DNA of 64,000 bases from Candidatus Aldehydirespiratoraceae bacterium. GTDB lineage: Bacteria; Actinomycetota; Acidimicrobiia; Acidimicrobiales; Aldehydirespiratoraceae. The notes below the pieces were generated by a model. That model worked only from the letters and a program-made list of their open reading frames with translations. It ran no database searches and was not told where the DNA came from. The stretch lies in NCBI GenBank assembly GCA_965204595.1, contig CBDBEW010000014.1:1957207-2021206 (forward strand), in the 5' to 3' direction. Positions 59,059-64,000 of this stretch are shown piece after piece; positions within the stretch are counted from its first letter, which is position 1, and each line of letters starts with the position of its first letter. Made by a program: the position numbers and the translations under genes.

Positions 59059-59604
59059 ATGGCCAACCACTTTTCCATATCAACTACTCTTAACGACCAG
59101 ATAGGTGTTATGACCAAACCCAACAAAACAAAAACGCCAACCACAACAGAAGTGGAGACTTCTTTAGAAGAGTCTGCTGATGAGGTTGTGGCGACCGCGT
59201 CGAAACCCAAGAGGTTCCAAGGGTTAAAGAACTCTGCGTTTTCTTTAGCGACCGCTTTAGTGGTTTTGTTCGCTGGTTTCACCTTCACTGCTTTGAACTA
59301 CAATATCGGACGGCTCGACACCCGCATCGACCGACTCGAAGACCGCATTGAGCAACGTTTTGAGGCGGTCGATCAACGTTTTGAGGCTCAAGACGCTAAG
59401 TTCGAGGCGCGTTTCGAAGCCCAAGATGCTAAGTTCGAGGCTCGTTTTGAGGCTCAGGATGCTAAATTTGAAGCGCGTTTTGAAGCTATCGATGAAACTT
59501 TGGGTGAGATTAATCTCAAGCTGACCGCTTTGATTGCTGCGTTGAATGCTTCAGAGGGTGTTGATGCTGCTCTTGAAGGCACGCTGCTTCCAAACCCCCC
59601 ATAG
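59059..59604 (+). CDS. Membrane-anchored coiled-coil protein with 11-aa tandem repeats
   Basis: ATG 59059 follows SD GGAGG (the ORF-track TTG at 59047 is rejected). TM 'SAFSLATALVVLFAGFTFTAL', then 'RFEAQDAKFEA' x3. Confidence 0.6.
   Translation: MANHFSISTTLNDQIGVMTKPNKTKTPTTTEVETSLEESADEVVATASKPKRFQGLKNSAFSLATALVVLFAGFTFTALNYNIGRLDTRIDRLEDRIEQRFEAVDQRFEAQDAKFEARFEAQDAKFEARFEAQDAKFEARFEAIDETLGEINLKLTALIAALNASEGVDAALEGTLLPNPP
59377..59487 (+). repeat. 33-nt tandem repeat, about 3.3 units, in frame within the coiled-coil gene
   Basis: Units at 59377-59409, 59410-59442 and 59443-59475, plus a partial unit. The copies differ mainly at synonymous positions. Confidence 0.9.
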
Positions 59605-59649
59605 AATCGACAAACCCGCAAACAACTTGTGCAAGCCGAGTGAACTAAC

Positions 59650-59671
59650 TGTCAAGCAAACGGGGGTAAGC
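59650..59671 (+). repeat. Copy 3 of the GTCAAGCAAACGGGG motif
   Basis: TGTCAAGCAAACGGGGGTAAGC, 25 nt upstream of the flavin reductase ATG (59697). Confidence 0.8.
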
Positions 59672-59696
59672 ACAAAATATCGCATAGGCTTGGTTC

Positions 59697-60206
59697 ATGG
59701 CAAAAGATGTGCAACTCAATAACGAACTAATCAATCGGGTCACTTGGAAGATTCCCAACGCCTTAGCTTTGGTGGGGTCACGGGCAGGCGATGAACGCAA
59801 CGGAATGACCACAAGTTGGATTACTCAGTTGTCTATGGAACCAGTACTGATTGGCATTGGAGTGGATAACTCAGCGGTCACCCACCGGTTGATCAGCGAG
59901 GGTGGATGCTTCACTGTTAACCTTTGGGACAGTGACGACACTCGGGTTTTTGTCAAGTTCTCAAAACCCGCTAAAGACGATGGCAGCACCCTCAACGGCC
60001 GGCTTGTGCGCTCGGGCCGCAGCGGTGCGCCAATATTTACTGAAGCGATAGCTTGGATGGATTGTGAGGTGCGCCAGTCGCTTGATTTGGGTACCCACAC
60101 CTTGTTTATTGGTGAACTTATTGATGCTGGCATTAATGACGACGAAAAACGTGCTGCCTGCATGGATGACACCCGCATGAAATATGGTGGAGTTCGACGC
60201 CATTAG
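59697..60206 (+). CDS. Flavin reductase-like domain protein
   Basis: 169 aa; 'NGMTTSWITQLSMEPVLIGIGVDNSAVTHRLI' is typical of the flavin reductase family. Confidence 0.7.
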   Translation: MAKDVQLNNELINRVTWKIPNALALVGSRAGDERNGMTTSWITQLSMEPVLIGIGVDNSAVTHRLISEGGCFTVNLWDSDDTRVFVKFSKPAKDDGSTLNGRLVRSGRSGAPIFTEAIAWMDCEVRQSLDLGTHTLFIGELIDAGINDDEKRAACMDDTRMKYGGVRRH

Positions 60207-60243
60207 GTTGTACTGTCTTTAGCTCATTGCTTGGAGGAAACTA

Positions 60244-60852
60244 ATGTTTAACAAGTTTGGGGCGCAACGAACCACGGTTGCGGCTTGTTGGTTTACGTTT
60301 GCTTATGCAGCCTTTATTGGGTTGTTTCGGTTCTTCGGTTCTGAGGGTGAGCCGGGGAGTTTGCGTATTTCGGTGTCGCTTGTGGCCCCTTTTGTGGTTG
60401 CCGCACTGGTGGCGTTGTTGGCATCCTCCTCTAAGCGCTGGATTTTTGTTGGAGTCGCTGGTGCTGGTATTTTGCCATCGGCGGTTGTCTCGTTAGTTTT
60501 GTTGCCGTTGTGGGTTCCGGCTTTGGTGTTGTTGTATTGTGGATTTAAGGAATTGAAGCTTAGTTCTCTGTTGGATCAAGTGGTGAGCGTTCTGGTGATG
60601 GTGGGTATTTTTGGTGCAATGATTAGTTTGCTGGTGATGCGTGATCCGTTGGAGTGGCGATATGGCACAACTGAACAATATTCAAACAACACCATCACTT
60701 CAACAGAGTCGTTATTGTCGGCGAGCATTCTCGGCGCAGTTCTGGTTGTGACTTTGCTGGCATTGCGCTACCCGCCCAACTCCAAAAAGGTTGCGTCACC
60801 CGCACAAGGTGAAGAGCATTCTGCCACAAGCAAAGCTGATCGCAAAGAGTAA
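60244..60852 (+). CDS. Hypothetical integral membrane protein
   Basis: 202 aa with 5-6 hydrophobic segments. No recognisable motif. Confidence 0.5.
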   Translation: MFNKFGAQRTTVAACWFTFAYAAFIGLFRFFGSEGEPGSLRISVSLVAPFVVAALVALLASSSKRWIFVGVAGAGILPSAVVSLVLLPLWVPALVLLYCGFKELKLSSLLDQVVSVLVMVGIFGAMISLLVMRDPLEWRYGTTEQYSNNTITSTESLLSASILGAVLVVTLLALRYPPNSKKVASPAQGEEHSATSKADRKE

Positions 60853-60862
60853 AACTCAGAAT

Positions 60863-60887
60863 AAAGCTCAACTTTTAGTTGAGCTTT
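60863..60887. terminator. Perfect 10-bp hairpin between convergent genes (candidate terminator)
   Basis: AAAGCTCAAC-ttTTA-GTTGAGCTTT. There is no clear T-tract on the plus strand; a T-rich run follows on the minus strand. Confidence 0.4.
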
Positions 60888-60947
60888 AGAATATGTGCGT
60901 CGGACGTAGCCTGCAAAGCTTTTGTTGCATATTGGCGGGTGGTTAGT

Positions 60948-61024
60948 TGGTCGGGCAGGCGGGATTTGAACCCACGACCTCCTCGTCCCGAACGAGGCGC
61001 GCTACCAAACTGCGCCACTGCCCG
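60948..61024 (-). tRNA. tRNA-Pro (anticodon CGG), CCA end encoded
   Basis: 77 nt. Folded by hand: acceptor CGGGCAG/CTGCCCG, D arm GCGC/GCGC, anticodon arm CCTCG-TTCGGGA-CGAGG, T arm GTGGG-TTCAAAT-CCCGC, then A-CCA. Confidence 0.9.
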
Positions 61025-61049
61025 TGTGCAGAATCGTAAGTTTAGCGTT

Positions 61050-61436
61050 TTAAACTACCGCCAAGGCTTGTTCAACTGTGCGCAGTGTTTTATACGAACT
61101 AATGGGTTTGGTTAACACCCTATCGGCCCCCGCGCGATTAGCTAAAAACGTATCCACCTCTCTGTCAAGCAGCAAATAAATCACACTCGGGTTTAGCAGC
61201 CCGGATTGTTCGGCGTAACGCACTTCAAGGCATGCAGCGACCCCTCCCATGTTGCCTATCTGAAAATCAAGGATCACTAGGTCGGGACGTATTTGCTTGA
61301 TGGCAGGTATCACGGCATCCCCGCTACGCACTCGATGTATGATTTGGGTGACATCAAGCGCGGCACCAAGTTCGCTAGCAACTGCGTCGTTTTTGGTTGC
61401 TAAGAGAATGTTTGGCACTCGCCAAAGCGTACACAA
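61050..61436 (-). CDS. Stand-alone response-regulator receiver domain protein
   Basis: 128 aa; 'PDLVILDFQIGNMGG' (phospho-acceptor Asp region) and 'LTKP'. No output domain. Confidence 0.7.
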   Translation of the reverse strand: MCTLWRVPNILLATKNDAVASELGAALDVTQIIHRVRSGDAVIPAIKQIRPDLVILDFQIGNMGGVAACLEVRYAEQSGLLNPSVIYLLLDREVDTFLANRAGADRVLTKPISSYKTLRTVEQALAVV

Positions 61437-61503
61437 ACAAAAGCCAAATCGCGTGGAGGTTTTGGTGTGAGGAGATAAGTCAGCAACGCGCTAGCATGCG
61501 CTT

Positions 61504-61848
61504 GTGTTAGAAATCTCACTCGGTCGTGTGGCTCACGAGAACGGCGAGTATGTAACCATCCAACCGAGCGGCGAACTTGATGCTTATTCTGTGGCGCAGT
61601 TTCGTGAAGCTTTTTCGCAAGTTGCTTCCGAGAAACGGTTGCTTGTTGACCTTTCGGGTGTGCAGTTTATGGACTCGGCCGGACTTGGTGCCTTGATTGG
61701 GGGGATACGCAAAGTTCGTGACAATGAGGGTTCAATCGCCGTGTTTAGCAGTCGCACACCGATCACCCGTTTGCTGCACACAACTGGTTTTGATCGGATT
61801 GTGCCAGTTAAAGAAGACCTGACAGAAGCTACCGCAGCGTTGGGGTAG
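61504..61848 (+). CDS. STAS-domain anti-sigma-factor antagonist
   Basis: 114 aa; 'LLVDLSGVQFMDSAGLGALIG'. Confidence 0.8.
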   Translation: MLEISLGRVAHENGEYVTIQPSGELDAYSVAQFREAFSQVASEKRLLVDLSGVQFMDSAGLGALIGGIRKVRDNEGSIAVFSSRTPITRLLHTTGFDRIVPVKEDLTEATAALG

Positions 61849-62974
61849 TGAGCATTTCGGCGAACTCGTTGAGTTTGTCTTGATGGCAAACATCAGTTGT
61901 TAGGAGGGGAACCGATGTGAATGAGGCATTGGGTGCCCCCATCATTAGCTTGCTTAGTTGAGCTTGGTCTCCTTTTGTTGTGTTGATCTGGTCGCAGAGT
62001 GCTTGCACTGCGGCGGCCACAGCAGCTTGCGCGAAAGCCGTGCTGTTTACCGCAACCACAGTTTCGGGAGCTTGCCGGACCTGTTCTTTGAGGATGTTGG
62101 ATTCGGTGCTGCTAAAGGAAACCTCTGGCATCATGCGGTTCACCACCACAGCTTGGGGTTCTACCCCTCTGTGAGAGAGACGGTTGAGAAAGTAGCTCGC
62201 TTCGGCAATGGCATCGTGGCGGGGTGATGCCACCAACACGAACGCTGTCTTGGCATCTGTGAGCAGTGCCAGAGTTGTGTCGGCACGTTGCAAAAACCCG
62301 TCCTCCATTCCTTGAAAGGTTTGAAAAAATTCGATGGCATCATCAACTATTTCAACCCCCACCACCCGTGTCAAACGTCGCACCAGTGCTACTGCTGCTC
62401 TGTTGACGGTTCGCATCAGCAACGGGCGAGGCGAAATCAGCATCTTGTAAATCGTGTTGTTGAGTAGTCGGATTAGTGCTTTAGGAGCTTCTAAAAAGGC
62501 AAGGGCATCGCGGGTTGGCGGAGTGTCGATCACCACCAAATCCCATTTTTGTGAGGTATGTAGTTGGTAGAGCTTTTCGCAAGCCATGTAGTCTTGTGTG
62601 CCTGGCAGTTCGGTCGACAAGTTCACATAAAACCGGTTGTTGAGTATGCGCTGTATTTGCTTTTCTGTGTTTGCGTGATCTCTAACTAAGTCGTCAAATG
62701 TTGCTTTGCTGTCAAGCATCATTGCGCTAACGGCTCCAGGCCAGTTTCCTTCGATCAGTTTTGGATTGTTGCCAAGTTCTTGTATGCCGAGGGCATCAGC
62801 TAGTCGTTTGGCGGGGTCGATGGTGACCACAATGGCATTTCGTTCGGCTTTGGCGGCGGCGATAGCGGTGGCTGCGGCAACAGTGGTTTTGCCTACACCG
62901 CCAGTTCCACATGTGATTATCACCTCTTTGTTTAAGACCAGTTGGTGGTAGCTAGTCGCTGTTTCGCTTGGCAT
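61829..62974 (-). CDS. ArsA/Get3-like P-loop ATPase
   Basis: 381 aa; deviant Walker A 'CGTGGVGKTTVAAATA'. Confidence 0.8.
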   Translation of the reverse strand: MPSETATSYHQLVLNKEVIITCGTGGVGKTTVAAATAIAAAKAERNAIVVTIDPAKRLADALGIQELGNNPKLIEGNWPGAVSAMMLDSKATFDDLVRDHANTEKQIQRILNNRFYVNLSTELPGTQDYMACEKLYQLHTSQKWDLVVIDTPPTRDALAFLEAPKALIRLLNNTIYKMLISPRPLLMRTVNRAAVALVRRLTRVVGVEIVDDAIEFFQTFQGMEDGFLQRADTTLALLTDAKTAFVLVASPRHDAIAEASYFLNRLSHRGVEPQAVVVNRMMPEVSFSSTESNILKEQVRQAPETVVAVNSTAFAQAAVAAAVQALCDQINTTKGDQAQLSKLMMGAPNASFTSVPLLTTDVCHQDKLNEFAEMLTTPTLR

Positions 62975-62984
62975 CGCAGTGTCG

Positions 62985-64000
62985 CTAACTACCGCTGTCG
63001 TTGCTGTTGGGCTGGGCAGTTTGGGTTTGCGATTCGTTGTGTTGTGTCAGGGTAAACGAGTTGAACTCGCCCTCAAGGGTTTCGTTAACAGCTTGGTTTA
63101 GAGCTTCGGTGAGCGTCTCTAGCTCACTTATGCCAACCGATGAAGTGAACAAGGCGGGCATGTGTATTTGTTTGAGGGGTAGTGTCTGACTAAGCACATT
63201 GAGATTTTTTTGTTGCAGAGCCATTCTTTGGGCACGAAAGTTTGCGGCGTTTACAAGGTCGCGAGTTTGCGTTTCGGTTAGGTTGCTCGTTTGGGTTAAT
63301 GTGGAGAGGTCTAATTCGTTGTTGAGCCCGGCTAGGTGAGGTAAGAGATTGTTGACCACCACCGGACCTAAAGCTAAGCCAACTTCATCTTCAACGGCGA
63401 AAGCAGTTTCTATGAGTTCCGCTATTGGGGTTTCTTCAGCGATTGTTACGAGTAAGGCGCGGCAGCGTCGCTCATCGTTTAGCATCTCTAGGGTCTCGGT
63501 TGCTTGTTGGCGCAGCACGCCAGTTCTTACTGTTTGGTGAACCGCTTTTGGTGCTTTTAGGAAGTGCATTGCGTGTCCAGTTGCGGGCGCGTCTACCACG
63601 ATTAGGTCAGCTTGAGAGGTTTGTTCTAGGTGTTTGATTTTGCCTAACATTAGTAGGTCTTTGATTCCGGGTGTGGCTGTGGAGATTAGTTCCAGCAAAT
63701 GTGAGCGAGTGATTTGTGTCACTAACCGCGAGAAGCCGTGGTTGGTTAGCCAGTCGACAAGTGCTCCATCGGGTGTTAGCGAACGATAACGAATCATGCC
63801 TCCATTGCCGTTTGGGCTTTGGTAAATGCTCTGCTCATCGTAACCTTTAGGGGTGACGTTAAACAAAGCGACTGCGTCAAAACGGCCGGCCAATTCGATA
63901 AGTAAAACGGTGCGACCCCTTTGGGTGGCAGCTAGAGCTAGTGTTGCAGCGAAGGTGGTTTTGCCCACTCCACCTTTGCCTGCAACGATTAGGATTTTTG
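62985..64000 (-). CDS. ArsA/Get3-like P-loop ATPase, second paralogue (N-terminus runs off the window end)
   Basis: The reading frame continues upstream of the ORF-track Met: '..KILIVAGKGGVGKTTFAATLALAA'. Tandem with the previous gene. Confidence 0.8.
   Translation of the reverse strand, partial: KILIVAGKGGVGKTTFAATLALAATQRGRTVLLIELAGRFDAVALFNVTPKGYDEQSIYQSPNGNGGMIRYRSLTPDGALVDWLTNHGFSRLVTQITRSHLLELISTATPGIKDLLMLGKIKHLEQTSQADLIVVDAPATGHAMHFLKAPKAVHQTVRTGVLRQQATETLEMLNDERRCRALLVTIAEETPIAELIETAFAVEDEVGLALGPVVVNNLLPHLAGLNNELDLSTLTQTSNLTETQTRDLVNAANFRAQRMALQQKNLNVLSQTLPLKQIHMPALFTSSVGISELETLTEALNQAVNETLEGEFNSFTLTQHNESQTQTAQPNSNDSGS

Noticed and set aside
59377-59487. Tandem 33-nt repeats (and the 177-nt-period repeat at 5707-5972) considered as CRISPR-like arrays.
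   Set aside because: Both are in frame inside coding sequences with no unique spacers, no leader and no cas genes. I saw no CRISPR array anywhere in the window.

Overview
Annotated by eye from the sequence and the ORF track. No database search was run, and GC values are visual estimates. The window is a mosaic. Host-like sequence of about 48-52% GC carries: a Type III R-M (res/mod) with an orphan MT-A70 methylase and a fused MNT-HEPN gene (1-4.3 kb); an SLH-anchored PBP4 (4.35-6.3 kb); an 11-gene nuoABCDHIJKLMN operon with no nuoEFG (6.5-17.0 kb); and, at the right end (55.6-64 kb), asd, a hydantoinase-family gene, a repeat-containing coiled-coil gene, a flavin reductase, tRNA-Pro(CGG), a receiver/STAS pair and two ArsA/Get3-like ATPases. 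Between 17 and 55.5 kb, three blocks of about 60-68% GC interrupt host-like islets (midA at 22.8-23.9 kb; MFS to aat at 38.4-42.2 kb). Block 1 (17.7-22.8 kb) is mostly dead genes: a PKD-repeat fragment, a frameshifted zeta-like toxin beside an intact ParD-like antitoxin, a PIN remnant, a Fic pseudogene and a DUF3037-like pseudogene. Block 2 (23.9-38.4 kb) holds helicase 3' fragments, an IS3 remnant, intact mazEF-like and hipBA modules, dead HTH-ImmA/DUF4411 and vapC genes beside an intact phd, and an IclR-controlled DMGDH-like/FAD-oxidoreductase/kbl/tdh cassette. Block 3 (42.3-55.4 kb) is an intact defence island. It contains a translationally coupled operon of an SNF2 helicase with a DUF3883-like nuclease tail, a Zn-ribbon DUF1156-type methylase and a DUF499-type ATPase, followed by a Dcm methylase overlapping a GHKL-ATPase/PD-(D/E)xK protein, and a convergent NYN gene. 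The three-gene operon is my best candidate for an uncharacterised system. Other notable points are a catalogue of toxin-inactivating lesions, several direct-repeat structures, a 15-17 nt motif present three times, and candidate operators upstream of the intact TA modules.
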